Of a stretch of DNA of 57,743 nt, positions 18,851 to 29,532 are shown piece after piece; the first letter of the stretch is position 1; every line of letters starts with the position of its first letter. The stretch is taken from positions 1 to 57,743 of the forward strand of contig CANQYV010000004.1 in NCBI GenBank assembly GCA_947628165.1, read 5' to 3'. Source of the DNA: an uncultured Clostridia bacterium. GTDB taxonomy: Bacteria > Bacillota > Clostridia > Oscillospirales > CAG-272. The notes below the pieces were generated by a model that worked only from the letters and a program-made list of their open reading frames with translations, made no database searches and was not told the origin of the DNA. The position numbers and the translations under genes are program-made.

Positions 18851-19915
18851 TCAGCCGATTCCGAGCACGTCCCGGAACGTGCCGGCGATTATGGCGTGTC
18901 CCTTCGCCGTCGGGTGAGGGTCGAGGGCGGCGTAATTCAATATCCCGCCGCCTTCGGTGAAGCTCTCGGCGTTTACGACGCCGGTCTCATTTTCAAGCGC
19001 CGTGTAAACGTCGGCGACGGTGTAGCCGAGCGTGTCCGCGTTCGCGGTGATGATGGCGTTCAGCTTCCCGACGAGCTCGTCCGACGCCTCGTTGAGGTCC
19101 ATGACGGCGTCGCCGACGGGCAGCTTCAGTGAGACGTTGTTGTAGGGGTTATATACGGTCTCAAAAAAGATTTTTGCCTCGGGCGCGCGCGCTTTTATCG
19201 CGGCGATAATGTCAGGCATCTCCTCCGCAAACGTGGCAACGCCGGCCGCCGCCTCTTTGTTGAACGCTTCGTAAAGGAGCTTGTTTGCGGCTCTTTGCTG
19301 CGCCTCGTCCTCTATCAGCGAGTTTATTGCGTACTGCATGAACATGGATATCGCGGGGCTGAGCACGTTGTTCGCGCCGATGCTGACTGTCACGATGTCG
19401 GCGCCGTTGAGTTCGGGCGCGAAGGCGGGGTCGTTTGTCAGCGCCGCGAGCAGCTCGGAGCTTGTCTGTCCGTTGATGCCGTAGTTATAGCTCTCCGCCT
19501 CGTAACCGGTGAGCGCGTCTATATATGTGTCGAGCAGCGCGGAGTAGCGCTCGGTCTCAGGGGACAAAAGCCCGTAGCCGAACGCGATCGAGTCACCGAG
19601 GGCTGTGTATTTCAGCGTTTTTTCGGGCGTCGACATGACGTCCTTTGACGGCTCGGTCTCGGTTTCCGGCGGCTCCGTTCCGGTGCCAGATGCCGTTGTC
19701 TCCTTTTTGTCCGTCGCCTCGTCCGTGACGGGAACGCTTTCTGTGCCGGAATTTTTCGTCGGCGCGGTGTTCTCCGTGCCGCTACCGGTATCCGTATCAT
19801 CTGCGCCGCCTTTTTTGCCGCAGGAGCCGAGGAACACGGCGAGAGCTGCCGCCAGCAGCATGGCGAGCAGCGCTTTCGTGACGGAAAATGCGGGTGAAAA
19901 TTTATAGAGGTTCAT
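18851..19915 (-). CDS. SGNH/GDSL hydrolase lipoprotein
   Basis: LGSC lipobox, T/E/P-rich linker, ALGDSI, GING, IGANN, DPHPTAKGH. Confidence 0.85.
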   Translation of the reverse strand: MNLYKFSPAFSVTKALLAMLLAAALAVFLGSCGKKGGADDTDTGSGTENTAPTKNSGTESVPVTDEATDKKETTASGTGTEPPETETEPSKDVMSTPEKTLKYTALGDSIAFGYGLLSPETERYSALLDTYIDALTGYEAESYNYGINGQTSSELLAALTNDPAFAPELNGADIVTVSIGANNVLSPAISMFMQYAINSLIEDEAQQRAANKLLYEAFNKEAAAGVATFAEEMPDIIAAIKARAPEAKIFFETVYNPYNNVSLKLPVGDAVMDLNEASDELVGKLNAIITANADTLGYTVADVYTALENETGVVNAESFTEGGGILNYAALDPHPTAKGHAIIAGTFRDVLGIG

Positions 19916-19926
19916 TGATCTCTCCT

Positions 19927-20838
19927 TTAATCCTCATCAAAGCGGATAGTCTCCGTTTTGCCGTCGAATCCGCAGACGGCGGCAGGGAAAACGGCACGCG
20001 CTTCGTCTATGTAGGACTCGGGATCCGGCATGGAGGGGCTGAAATGCGTCAGCCAAAAGCGGCGCGGAGCGGCCTCCTTTGCGAGCGACGCCGCCTCCGA
20101 AAACGTCATGTGCTTCGCCGAGACGGCCTTGTCATGCTTGTCCTCGTCGCCGTACATCCCCTCGCAGATGAAGAGGTCGGCGTCCTTCGCCTGTTCGGCT
20201 ATGACGGGGACGGGGCGCGTGTCCGTGCAGTACGTCACCTTGATGCCGCGCCTGTCGGGACCGAGCACCATGTCGCGGGTGTATGTCGCGCCCTCGTATT
20301 CCGCGGATTTCGTTTTTTGGAGCTTGCTCCAAACCGCCATCGGGACGTTGTTTTTCTTTGCGAGCTCGAGGTCGAATTTGCCGACGCGCGGTATTTTTAC
20401 CGTATATCCGCAGCACGGCAGCGTGTGGTTGACGCGGAACGCCGTTATCTCAAAGCCGCAGACCGTCATCGTCTCCTCGCGCCCCGTCACGGGGCGGCAG
20501 ACGACCTCATACGGCAGCTCGGGCGCTATCGTCAGAAGCGCGCGGACGTAGCGCTCGATCTGTGAAGGACCGATTATCGTGACGGGCTCGGTGCGCCCCT
20601 CGCCGCCCATCGAGAGCAAAAGCCCGGGAAGGCCGCTCATATGGTCGGCGTGATAGTGCGTGATGCAGATGACGCCTATCGGCTTGAAGGGCAGGGACGC
20701 CTCCTTCATCGCTATCTGTGTACCCTCGCCGCAGTCTATGAGAAGGCATTTCCCCTCGTGGCGCATCATGCACGAGGTCAGCCACCTGTTTTTGAGAGGG
20801 ATAGTCCCGCCGCATCCGGCCAGCGTTACGTCGAGCAC
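19927..20838 (-). CDS. rnz: Ribonuclease Z
   Basis: LIDCGEGTQ, THYHADH, TDTRP, EGMY, KHMT, LTHFSP. Confidence 0.9.
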   Translation of the reverse strand: MLDVTLAGCGGTIPLKNRWLTSCMMRHEGKCLLIDCGEGTQIAMKEASLPFKPIGVICITHYHADHMSGLPGLLLSMGGEGRTEPVTIIGPSQIERYVRALLTIAPELPYEVVCRPVTGREETMTVCGFEITAFRVNHTLPCCGYTVKIPRVGKFDLELAKKNNVPMAVWSKLQKTKSAEYEGATYTRDMVLGPDRRGIKVTYCTDTRPVPVIAEQAKDADLFICEGMYGDEDKHDKAVSAKHMTFSEAASLAKEAAPRRFWLTHFSPSMPDPESYIDEARAVFPAAVCGFDGKTETIRFDED

Positions 20839-20888
20839 GCGTCATCACCGTCCTTGCTTTACTCATATTGTGTCCTATATTTTAAATA

Positions 20889-20929
20889 AGTATATCACAA
20901 AGCCGCCCCTTTTTCAAGAAGGCGGCTTT
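20889..20929 (-). terminator. ABC-operon terminator overlapping the rnz sigmaA promoter
   Basis: AAAGCCGCC/GGCGGCTTT stem (20899-20929); minus-strand TTGAAA(20917-12)-17 nt-TATACT(20894-89). Confidence 0.6.
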
Positions 20930-20951
20930 TGGATTTGCCGTTGCGAGCGTG

Positions 20952-21950
20952 TCAGCGTTCCTCGCGGAAGTAGGATAGTCCGAGCGACGCGGGCCCGCGG
21001 TTTTCTATTTTCTTTCGCGTGCTTGCTATTATGAGCACGAGGATCGTGACGATGTAGGGCGTCATCTTCAAAAGCTCCGTCACGGACGAGGCGATGCGGA
21101 TGCCGGTGAGCGTCGGCAGGTTCGTCGCCATCCAAAAGAGAAGCGCGAACAGGTACGACGCCCAGATGGCGTTTTTCGGCTTCCACGTCGAGAAAATGAC
21201 GAGCGCGACGGCGAGCCAGCCGACGGCCTCGAGGCTGTTCTGCGACGACCACTTTCCGCTGCTGTACTCTATGATGTAGTAAAATCCGCCGATGCCGCAG
21301 ATGCCGCCGCCGAAGCAGGTCGCGATGTACTTATACAGCGTGACGTTGATGCCTGCGGCGTCTGCCGTTCCGGGGTTCTCGCCGACGGCGCGCAGATTGA
21401 GCCCGCGCCGCGTGTGCATGAGGAACAGATGCAGGAGCACGGCGAGCAGCACGGCGGCGTATGTCAGAAAGCCGTAGGAGAGAAAAATCTGCCCGAACGC
21501 GCCGAGATTGGCGACGGAATTGATGTTCGCGGTGTAGACCGCGCTCGTCGCCGAGGCGACGGAGTAGCTCTGGCTGCCCGTCACGCTGAGAAGGCGCGCG
21601 CTTCCGAACGTGCCGATCCCGACGCCGAGCGAGGTCAATGCAAGGCCCGTGACGTTCTGATTTGCGCGGAGCGTGACAGTCAGGAAGCTGTAGAGCAGAC
21701 CGCCGAGCATCGCGGCGAGAAACGCGCACAAAAGCGGGATGAGGATGAGCAAAAGCGTGTTCGGGTTGTCCGTCGAGCGCTCGTATACGAACGCGCTCGC
21801 AAAGCCGGCAAATCCGCCGAGGTACATAAGTCCCGGCACGCCGAGGTTGAGGTGGCCGCTCTTTTCCGTCATTATCTCGCCGAGAGCGCCGAACATAATG
21901 ACTGTGCCGTAAATTATCGAGCTGTGTATCCAGCTTATGAGAGAATTCAT
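20952..21950 (-). CDS. Nucleoside ABC transporter permease 2
   Basis: EKSGHLNLGVPG, RANQNVTGLAL, GLNLRAVGENP..ADAAGINV. Confidence 0.88.
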   Translation of the reverse strand: MNSLISWIHSSIIYGTVIMFGALGEIMTEKSGHLNLGVPGLMYLGGFAGFASAFVYERSTDNPNTLLLILIPLLCAFLAAMLGGLLYSFLTVTLRANQNVTGLALTSLGVGIGTFGSARLLSVTGSQSYSVASATSAVYTANINSVANLGAFGQIFLSYGFLTYAAVLLAVLLHLFLMHTRRGLNLRAVGENPGTADAAGINVTLYKYIATCFGGGICGIGGFYYIIEYSSGKWSSQNSLEAVGWLAVALVIFSTWKPKNAIWASYLFALLFWMATNLPTLTGIRIASSVTELLKMTPYIVTILVLIIASTRKKIENRGPASLGLSYFREER

Positions 21951-23041
21951 TTGCCTGTCTCCTTTCCGCCGCGGAAGACTACTTTGTAATTCAGGAAGAA
22001 CTCGCAGCCGAGCATGAAGAAGAGGAATATGCCTATGTTGATGTTGGCGATCGACGAGTCGAGCGTCGTCGTGTTGCGGCTGACTATCTCGCTCGAGCCT
22101 GTGCGGACGAACGAAATGAGCATCGATATCAGCGTCATGAATATCGGATTGAACTTTGCGAGCCAGGCGACGATGACTGCCGTGAAGCCGTAGCCGCCGC
22201 CCATCGTCTCCGATATCGTGTGGTCGATGGCGGAAACATAGAGGAACCCGGCGATACCGCAGACGGCGCCTGAGATGAACGCGGTGCGTATGATGACGCG
22301 GAACTCGCTGATGCCGGCGTAACGCGCCGTGTTCGGCGCCTCGCCGATGACGGATATTTCATATCCGTGTTTCGTCTTGTTCATGTAGACGTACATCAGA
22401 ATGACGGCGAGCGCGGCGATAACGTAAATCAAGGCATTGGCGTTACCGAAAAGGGCGGGGAGCGTTCCCGACTTGCGCGATATCATTCCGAGCGCGTGTA
22501 TCGGGCTCCACGTTATGCGGAGAAATTTGATGAGCTGTATCGCGATATAGTTCATCATGAGGGTGAAGAGCGTTTCATTCGTCGTGAACTTAACGCGGAA
22601 CACGGCGGGGATGAGCGCCCATATGCCGCCGCCGACGGCGGCGCTGACGAACATGAGCGGGAGTATGACTGCGTTCGGCAAATTGTTTCCTAAGTAGAAG
22701 AGCCACATTGCCGCCGCCATGCCTCCGGCAAGCACCTGACCCTGCGCGCCGATGTTCCAAAAGCTCATCTTGAATGCGGGCGCAAGGCCGACGGCTATGA
22801 TGAGAAGCATGCACGCCTCTTTGAAGAATGTGTTTACCGTTATCGAGCTGCGGAACGTGCCCGAGATCATTGCGGCGTAAACGTCCGTTATCGACGAGTC
22901 CGTCACGCATACGAAGAATATGCCGCAAAAAAGGAGCGCAAGGGCTATCGCCGCGGCGCGCACCGCGACGGCGCGGGCAGGGGATACCGTATCTCGCTTC
23001 GCGAGGCGCAGGAGCGGCTCGCGGGTCTTTTCGTTTTTCAT
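21947..23041 (-). CDS. Nucleoside ABC transporter permease 1
   Basis: WNIGAQGQ, NETLFTLMMNY, TKHGYEI..IGE...ARYAGI, GYGFTAVIVAWL. Confidence 0.88.
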   Translation of the reverse strand: MKNEKTREPLLRLAKRDTVSPARAVAVRAAAIALALLFCGIFFVCVTDSSITDVYAAMISGTFRSSITVNTFFKEACMLLIIAVGLAPAFKMSFWNIGAQGQVLAGGMAAAMWLFYLGNNLPNAVILPLMFVSAAVGGGIWALIPAVFRVKFTTNETLFTLMMNYIAIQLIKFLRITWSPIHALGMISRKSGTLPALFGNANALIYVIAALAVILMYVYMNKTKHGYEISVIGEAPNTARYAGISEFRVIIRTAFISGAVCGIAGFLYVSAIDHTISETMGGGYGFTAVIVAWLAKFNPIFMTLISMLISFVRTGSSEIVSRNTTTLDSSIANINIGIFLFFMLGCEFFLNYKVVFRGGKETGK

Positions 23042-23060
23042 CTGTCAAAAGCTCCCTTCA

Positions 23061-24593
23061 TCATGCGTTCGGCCCTCCGACTTTTGTCATATAAAGCCCG
23101 ATCTCTTCCTTCGTCGCCGATCTCGCGTCGACGATGCCGGAAACTCTCCCGCCGCAAAGGACGAGTATCCTGTCGCAGAGCTCGAGAAGAACGTCTATGT
23201 CCTCGCCGACGTATATGACGGCGACGCCTTTTTTCTTCTGTTCGTTGAGAAGGTCGTATATCGCGTATGAGGTGTTGATGTCGAGCCCGCGCACGGCGTA
23301 AGCCGTCATTAGTACGGACGGCGCCTCCGCTATCTCGCGTCCGACGAGCACCTTCTGCACGTTGCCGCCGGAGAGACGGCGGACAGGTGTTGCCAATGAA
23401 GGGGTGACGACGCCGAGGTCCTCGCGGACCGATTCGGCAAGGTCCTGAGGCTCCTTTTTGTGAAGGAACACGGGCGAGCCTTCGCCGTAGCTCTTGAGCA
23501 TCATGTTGTCCGTCATGCCCATCGAGCCGACGAGCCCCATGCCGAGCCTGTCCTCGGGGACGAAGGAGAGCGCGACGCCGAGCGCGCGTATCTCGCGCGG
23601 CGACTTGCCGACGAGCTCTTCGTCTTCTCCTCCGTCGGGAGAATATATTATGCTGCTGCCGGGCTCCGTTTTCTGAAGGCCGGCGATCGATTCGAGCAGT
23701 TCCTTCTGTCCGCAGCCGGAGATGCCCGCGATGCCGAGTATCTCGCCGCCGAATGCGTCAAACGAGACGCTGCTGAGCGTCGGCACGCCGTCCGCACTGA
23801 CACAGGAGAGGTCCTTTACCGAAAGCCGCTTCACGACGCCTTTGGGCTGCGGCCGGTCTATGTTTAAGGCGAGCTTTTCGCCCACCATCGCCTCAGCAAG
23901 CGTCTTTTCGTCCGCATCCTTTGTTTCGAGCGTCGTTATGTACTCGCCGCGGCGCAGGATCGCGACGCGGTCCGATATCTCCATGACCTCATGGAGCTTG
24001 TGTGTGATGATGATTATAGACTTCCCGTCGGCGCGCATATTGCGGATAACGGAGAACAGGCGCTCCGTTTCCTGCGGCGTGAGCACGGCGGTCGGCTCGT
24101 CGAGGATAAGAATGTCGGCGCCCCGGTAGAGCACCTTTATTATCTCGAGCGTCTGCTTTTCGCTGACGCTCATGCTGTATACCTTCTTGTCCGGGTCTGT
24201 CTCAAAGCCGTATTTTTCACATATGGAGCGTATCTTCTCCTTTGCCTCACGCAAATTGAGAAGCATCCCACCCGGCAGACCGAGCACGACGTTTTCGGCC
24301 GCGGTGAAGACGTCGACGAGCTTGAAGTGCTGATGTATCATGCCTATCCCGAGCTCGAAGGCGTCCTTCGGGGAGCGTATCGACGCTTTTTTGCCGTTTA
24401 TCTCTATCTCGCCCTCGTCGGGAAAGTATATGCCGGAGAGCATATTCATCAGCGTCGTTTTTCCGGAGCCGTTCTCGCCGAGCAGCGCCAGGACCTCGCC
24501 GCGGCGGACGTCCATCGTGACGCCGCTGTTCGCCGTGACGGTGCCGAAACGCTTTGTTATGCCGGTGAGCTTTACTGCGATTTCGTTGTTCAT
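23061..24593 (-). CDS. Sugar/nucleoside ABC ATPase (two NBDs)
   Basis: GENGSGKT, LILDEPTAVLTPQE, LSGGNVQK. Confidence 0.92.
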   Translation of the reverse strand: MNNEIAVKLTGITKRFGTVTANSGVTMDVRRGEVLALLGENGSGKTTLMNMLSGIYFPDEGEIEINGKKASIRSPKDAFELGIGMIHQHFKLVDVFTAAENVVLGLPGGMLLNLREAKEKIRSICEKYGFETDPDKKVYSMSVSEKQTLEIIKVLYRGADILILDEPTAVLTPQETERLFSVIRNMRADGKSIIIITHKLHEVMEISDRVAILRRGEYITTLETKDADEKTLAEAMVGEKLALNIDRPQPKGVVKRLSVKDLSCVSADGVPTLSSVSFDAFGGEILGIAGISGCGQKELLESIAGLQKTEPGSSIIYSPDGGEDEELVGKSPREIRALGVALSFVPEDRLGMGLVGSMGMTDNMMLKSYGEGSPVFLHKKEPQDLAESVREDLGVVTPSLATPVRRLSGGNVQKVLVGREIAEAPSVLMTAYAVRGLDINTSYAIYDLLNEQKKKGVAVIYVGEDIDVLLELCDRILVLCGGRVSGIVDARSATKEEIGLYMTKVGGPNA

Positions 24594-24624
24594 GCCTTCT
24601 CCTGTCTTTGCGTAGTAAAAGAGC

Positions 24625-24658
24625 ATAGGGGAAACCGGTTATTTGCGATTTCCCCTAT
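24625..24658 (-). terminator. Intra-operon hairpin after the binding-protein gene
   Basis: ATAGGGGAAA/TTTCCCCTAT stem; typical stabiliser/attenuator giving excess binding protein. Confidence 0.5.
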
Positions 24659-24679
24659 TTTCTCTATGTTCGGTAGAGA

Positions 24680-26017
24680 TCAGTTGTCGTTATTGTTGAG
24701 TTCCGTTATACCGTCTATGCGGAGCGTGAACGAAGGCGCGCTCTGCGTGTAGGACTCGTGATAGTAGCCGTCGGAGATGACGTTGTTCGTATCGTTCACG
24801 AAGTCTCCGTTCGTATCGGAGGCGAACGCCCATGTCACGTTCTTGCCGCCGACCGTGAACTTCGACGTGTCAAACACATGGAGCTTGCCGGACTTGATGT
24901 CGGCGATGACGGAGTTGACCTTTGCCTCGGTCCCTTCAGCCGCCTGCTTGCCGAGAGCCGTTATCTTAACGGCATCCTGCGCGTAGCCGCCGATCCAGTT
25001 CGTTGCGATCTTGCCGCCGTTCATCGCGGTCTTTATCGCGTACTCATAGTAGACGACCCAGTTGTTAGTGGCGGAGGTGAGTATCGCATCGCCGATGCCG
25101 GTCAGGTCTACATTGTAGCTGACGGAGTAAACGACGGTGCCCTCGTTGTATGCGTTCTGGACTGCCATCGGAGCGCCTTCGGAGTCGGCGTGCTGGCTGA
25201 TGACGACGCAGCCGTCGCTGATGAAGCTCTTGGCTGCCTCAGCCTCGGCGTCGCTGTCGTGCCAGGAGAATGTGTAGAACACGTCCATGACTACGTTGTC
25301 AACAACGCTCTTTACGCCGAGATAGAACGCGGTGTAGCCGGAAACGACCTCCGCGAACGGATATGCGCCGACGTAGCCGAGCTTGATGTTGCCGTCGGCA
25401 TCCTTGTTCTTGTCGGTGAGCTTGCCGGCGTCAGCGAGTTCCTTTATCTTCATGCCGGCAACAACGCCCGAGACGTAACGGGCCTGATAAACCTCAGTGA
25501 ATGCGTTCGAGAGGTTGGAAAGGCCGGAGGAGAGGGCGGTGTCGCCCGTCATTGCGATAAACTGGATGTCCTTATCCTTGTACTTTTCGGCGGCTGCCTG
25601 CGTGTATGTCTGATGACCGTAGGAGTTCGTGATGATGAGGTTGCAGCCCTGAGCGACAAGGTCGTCAAGCGCCGACGTGCAGGCGGCGTCCTCGCCTATC
25701 GTCATCTTCCAGATGACCTGCTCCGAATTGTCGGGGTCGATGCCGAGGTTCTGGCATGCCGATCTGATGCCGTCGATGTGAGCCTTTGAATAGGTCTCGG
25801 TGTTGTCGCCAATGAGGACGACGCCGATTTTGAGGTCCTTCTTCGTGCCCTCCGTCACCTCTGATGCGACGGTGGACACAACGCCGGATTTGGCGAGCTC
25901 CTTTGTGCCGCTCGAACCGAACGCTTCATTACCGCCCTCGGTACCGCCGGAGCATGCCGCAAAGGCGGAGAGAACGAAGATTACTGCGAGCGTGAGCGCC
26001 ATGAACTTCTTTAACAT
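24680..26017 (-). CDS. BMP/PnrA family nucleoside-binding lipoprotein
   Basis: FAAC lipobox; TNSYGH, YQARYVSGVVAG, AFYLG, VISQHADS. Confidence 0.88.
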   Translation of the reverse strand: MLKKFMALTLAVIFVLSAFAACSGGTEGGNEAFGSSGTKELAKSGVVSTVASEVTEGTKKDLKIGVVLIGDNTETYSKAHIDGIRSACQNLGIDPDNSEQVIWKMTIGEDAACTSALDDLVAQGCNLIITNSYGHQTYTQAAAEKYKDKDIQFIAMTGDTALSSGLSNLSNAFTEVYQARYVSGVVAGMKIKELADAGKLTDKNKDADGNIKLGYVGAYPFAEVVSGYTAFYLGVKSVVDNVVMDVFYTFSWHDSDAEAEAAKSFISDGCVVISQHADSEGAPMAVQNAYNEGTVVYSVSYNVDLTGIGDAILTSATNNWVVYYEYAIKTAMNGGKIATNWIGGYAQDAVKITALGKQAAEGTEAKVNSVIADIKSGKLHVFDTSKFTVGGKNVTWAFASDTNGDFVNDTNNVISDGYYHESYTQSAPSFTLRIDGITELNNNDN

Positions 26018-26073
26018 TTTCTTTTCCTCCAAAAAAATTTATGGTCAAGGGCAGGGATGCCCGAGACGTCTTT

Positions 26074-26652
26074 TCAGTCTTTGACGAATTTTATCCCGTC
26101 GGACGTGCTCATGGAAGCGACTTTTGCGAGAGACTCGACGCGCACTCCGCGCCGCCTCAGTTCGTCGCCGCCGCCCTGATAAACCTTTTCGATGACGATC
26201 CCGCAGCCGACAAGGTGGGCCCCCGCCTGCGAGACTATGTCGAGTAGCGCGCGCAGCGCCTCGCCGCGGGCGAGAAAATCGTCAATTATCAAAACTCTGT
26301 CGTCGGGGGTCAGATAGTCGCGGCTTACCGTCAGCGTGTTGTCGACCCCGCGCGTGTAGGAGTGAGCGACGGCGGAATAAACGCCGCCGGTCATGTTTTT
26401 CGCCTTTGACTTTTTGGCGAACACCACAGGGCAATCAAAAAACTGCGCAGTCACACAAGCAATACTTATTCCCGATGCTTCCACCGTCAGTATCTTGTTG
26501 ACTCCGCAGTCACCGTAAAGCCGTTTGAATTCGCGCCCCATTTCGGAAAGAAATCGAACGTCTATCATATGGTTCAGAAATCCGTCTACGCACAGAACGT
26601 CACCGTCTGCGATAATGCCCTCGGACATAATCTTTTTTTCAAGTGCAACCAT
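26074..26652 (-). CDS. xpt: Xanthine phosphoribosyltransferase
   Basis: VDGFLNHMID, KILTVEASGI, FAKK, LIIDDFLARG, IVIEK. Confidence 0.93.
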   Translation of the reverse strand: MVALEKKIMSEGIIADGDVLCVDGFLNHMIDVRFLSEMGREFKRLYGDCGVNKILTVEASGISIACVTAQFFDCPVVFAKKSKAKNMTGGVYSAVAHSYTRGVDNTLTVSRDYLTPDDRVLIIDDFLARGEALRALLDIVSQAGAHLVGCGIVIEKVYQGGGDELRRRGVRVESLAKVASMSTSDGIKFVKD

Positions 26653-26963
26653 GTCGACGTACCTCCAAAGCCATAAAAATATACTATAATTCTACACCAT
26701 ATTCGACTTTTTTCAATTGGCGTTATGCCCAATAAACTGAGATTTGGAAAAATTTTATTTGCGAAAATGCACAAATGCGGTGTGAGACGTTTCGCGCGGC
26801 GTTCACAATTTTGTAATACATTTGCCGAAAAACGTAGGCAAAGCACGGGAAAAGGCGGGAAATGCGAAACGAAGAATGCAAAACCGACACAAAAGGAAAA
26901 AGAAGGAACGAAAAACAAGCTCGCGCCCAGGCATAAGAGGCATTTCTCCGAGAAAAGGGCAGG

Positions 26964-26998
26964 AAAAACCGGCGAGGGGGTTTTCCCCCGCGCCGGTT
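26964..26998 (-). terminator. Intrinsic terminator of the clpC operon
   Basis: AACCGGCG.GGGGG/CCCCC.CGCCGGTT stem followed by a U-tract on the minus strand. Confidence 0.7.
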
Positions 26999-27019
26999 CA
27001 AAATCTTCCGTCTGCCGCC

Positions 27020-29485
27020 TTATTCTGCGGTCTTTTTCGTGTATACGACGTGCCCGTCCGAGACAGACGCCAAAACGTCGTCTCCCTCGGCGATATTGCC
27101 CGAAAGCATTGCCTCCGAGAACGTGTCCTCAACGAGCCTTACGACGGCGCGGCGTATCGGGCGCGCGCCGTACGTCGGGTCGAAGCCCTCGCGCGCGATA
27201 AGATCCGTGACGTCGTCGCCGAACTCGATCTTTATGCCGAGACCCTCGACTCTGCGGCGCACGCGTTCGAGCATTAGGGCGGCTATCTTGTGCACGCACT
27301 CGTCGTCGAGCTTGGAGAAGACGATTATTTCGTCTATCCTGTTGAGGAACTCGGGCTTGAACGTGCGGCGCAGCGACTCGGTCACGGCGCTGTGCATGCG
27401 TTCGTATTCCTCCTCCTTGTTCGCGGAGTCGTAAAATCCGAGAGGGTGATGTTCCGTGATGCTCGATGCGCCGACGTTCGAGGTCATAATTATGACCGTG
27501 TTCTTGAAGTCGACGCGGCGGCCCTGCGCGTCGGTCAGAATGCCGTCGTCAAGTATCTGAAGCAGGATATTGAACACGTCGGGATGCGCCTTTTCTATCT
27601 CGTCAAACAGCACGACGGAATACGGGCGGCGGCGTATCTTTTCGGTGAGCTGACCGCCCTCGTCGTATCCGACATAGCCCGGAGGCGAGCCGATGAGCTT
27701 GGAGGTCGAATGGCTCTCCATATATTCAGACATGTCGACGCGTATCATCGCGCCCTCGTCTCCGAACATAGCCTCGGCGAGCGCCTTTGAAAGCTCTGTC
27801 TTGCCGACGCCTGTCGGTCCGAGGAAGATGAAGGAACCGACGGGGCGGTTCGGGTCTCCGAGACCCGTGCGTCCGCGGCGTATAGCCCTTGCGACGGCTG
27901 CAACCGCCTCGTCCTGCCCGATGACGCGGGCGCGGAGCGTGTCCTCGAGATGGAGCAGGCGCTCGCCCTCGTCCTCGGCGAGGCGCGTGACGGGGATACC
28001 GGTCCAAGAGGTCACGATCTCGGCGATATCGTCGGCGCCGACAGCGAGCGTCTTTCCGTCGCGGTCCGCCTTCCACTCTGCCTCCTTCGCGTCGCGGTCG
28101 GCGCGGAGCTTGCGTTCACGGTCGCGGCAGGCGGCGGCGCGCTCGAAATCCTGTGCCTTTACGGCCTCCTCCTTTTCGGTCGATGCGCGCTTTATATCCT
28201 CGTCGAGCGCGCGGAGCTCGGCGCTCGGCGTCGCGTTAGAGATGCGGAGGCGGGACGCCGCCTCGTCTATGAGGTCAATTGCCTTGTCGGGGAGGTATCT
28301 GTCCTGAATATAGCGGACGGAGAGCTTGACGGCGGCGTTTATTGCCTCGTCCGTGATCTTGAGCTTGTGGTGCGCCTCGTATTTGTCGCGCAGTCCGAAG
28401 AGGATCGCGGTTGCCTCCTCGGGCGTCGGCTCCCCGACCATGACGGACTGGAAGCGGCGCTCGAGCGCGGCGTCGTGCTCGATGTGGCGGCGGTATTCGT
28501 CTATCGTCGTAGCACCGATGATCTGTATCTCGCCTCTTGCGAGCGCGGGCTTCAGAATGTTGGCGGCGTCGACGGCGCCTTCCGCCGCGCCCGCGCCGAT
28601 TATGGTGTGTATCTCGTCTATAAAGAGGATGATGGAGGGGTTCTTGACGACCTCGGACATCACGCCCTTGAGGCGTTCCTCAAATTCGCCGCGGTATTTT
28701 GCGCCGGCGACCATAGAGGAGATGTCGAGTGTGACGATAGTCTTGTCGCGCAGGGTGTCGGGCACCTTGCCGTCGACTATGAGCTGCGCCAGCCCCTCGA
28801 CGACGGCGGTCTTGCCGACGCCGGGCTCGCCGATGAGGCAGGGATTGTTCTTCGTGCGGCGCGAGAGAATCTGGATAACGCGCTCCATCTCCTTTTCGCG
28901 ACCGACTATGGGGTCAAGGCGTCCTTCGCGCGCGGCGGCGCAGAGGTCGCGGCCGTGCTGCGAGAGCGTGGGCGCGCCCTTTATCCCCTGACCGTGTCTG
29001 CCGGAAGCGTCCGACTGACGCGCGCCTGCGCTGTCGCCGGTACCCGCGGCGCCGCCCGAAAGGAACGCTTCGACGTCGGAGGCGAGCTCGTCGACGGAGA
29101 CGCCCATCGAGGAGAGGACGCTGACCGCCGCGGATCCGCGTTCTGTCAGAAGCGCCGCGAGAATGTGCTCAGTGCCGATATAGCCGTGCCCGAATCGCGC
29201 GGAAATATATGCCGAGGTCTCTATCAGCTTTTTCGCACGGGGGGTCATGTCGGCGGGGGAGACGGAGCTCTTGTCGCCCGTGCCCGATATCGTGCGGATT
29301 ATGTTTTCCTCAGCCTCAAGCGTTGCCCCGTGCTCGGCGAGCAGCTTTGCGCCGACGCTGTCGTCTTCGCCCGTCAGCCCGAGAAGGATATGCTCCGTGC
29401 CGACGTAGGTGTGGCCCATTTCGGAGGCGTATGCGAGCGCGCGGTTGATGGCGCTTTCGGCTTTTTCGGTAAATCTGTTTGCCAT
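27020..29485 (-). CDS. clpC: ATP-dependent Clp protease ATPase ClpC
   Basis: Clp-N repeats (GTEHILL), [17 protein letters not shown] coil, [17 protein letters not shown]. Confidence 0.96.
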   Translation of the reverse strand: MANRFTEKAESAINRALAYASEMGHTYVGTEHILLGLTGEDDSVGAKLLAEHGATLEAEENIIRTISGTGDKSSVSPADMTPRAKKLIETSAYISARFGHGYIGTEHILAALLTERGSAAVSVLSSMGVSVDELASDVEAFLSGGAAGTGDSAGARQSDASGRHGQGIKGAPTLSQHGRDLCAAAREGRLDPIVGREKEMERVIQILSRRTKNNPCLIGEPGVGKTAVVEGLAQLIVDGKVPDTLRDKTIVTLDISSMVAGAKYRGEFEERLKGVMSEVVKNPSIILFIDEIHTIIGAGAAEGAVDAANILKPALARGEIQIIGATTIDEYRRHIEHDAALERRFQSVMVGEPTPEEATAILFGLRDKYEAHHKLKITDEAINAAVKLSVRYIQDRYLPDKAIDLIDEAASRLRISNATPSAELRALDEDIKRASTEKEEAVKAQDFERAAACRDRERKLRADRDAKEAEWKADRDGKTLAVGADDIAEIVTSWTGIPVTRLAEDEGERLLHLEDTLRARVIGQDEAVAAVARAIRRGRTGLGDPNRPVGSFIFLGPTGVGKTELSKALAEAMFGDEGAMIRVDMSEYMESHSTSKLIGSPPGYVGYDEGGQLTEKIRRRPYSVVLFDEIEKAHPDVFNILLQILDDGILTDAQGRRVDFKNTVIIMTSNVGASSITEHHPLGFYDSANKEEEYERMHSAVTESLRRTFKPEFLNRIDEIIVFSKLDDECVHKIAALMLERVRRRVEGLGIKIEFGDDVTDLIAREGFDPTYGARPIRRAVVRLVEDTFSEAMLSGNIAEGDDVLASVSDGHVVYTKKTAE

Positions 29486-29532
29486 ATTCTTTTTTCCTTT
29501 CTCTTTATTATTTCATAAGCGTGCGTTCGGAC

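Noticed and set aside
26653-26960. Purine riboswitch or tRNA upstream of xpt
   Set aside because: No aptamer consensus or cloverleaf visible
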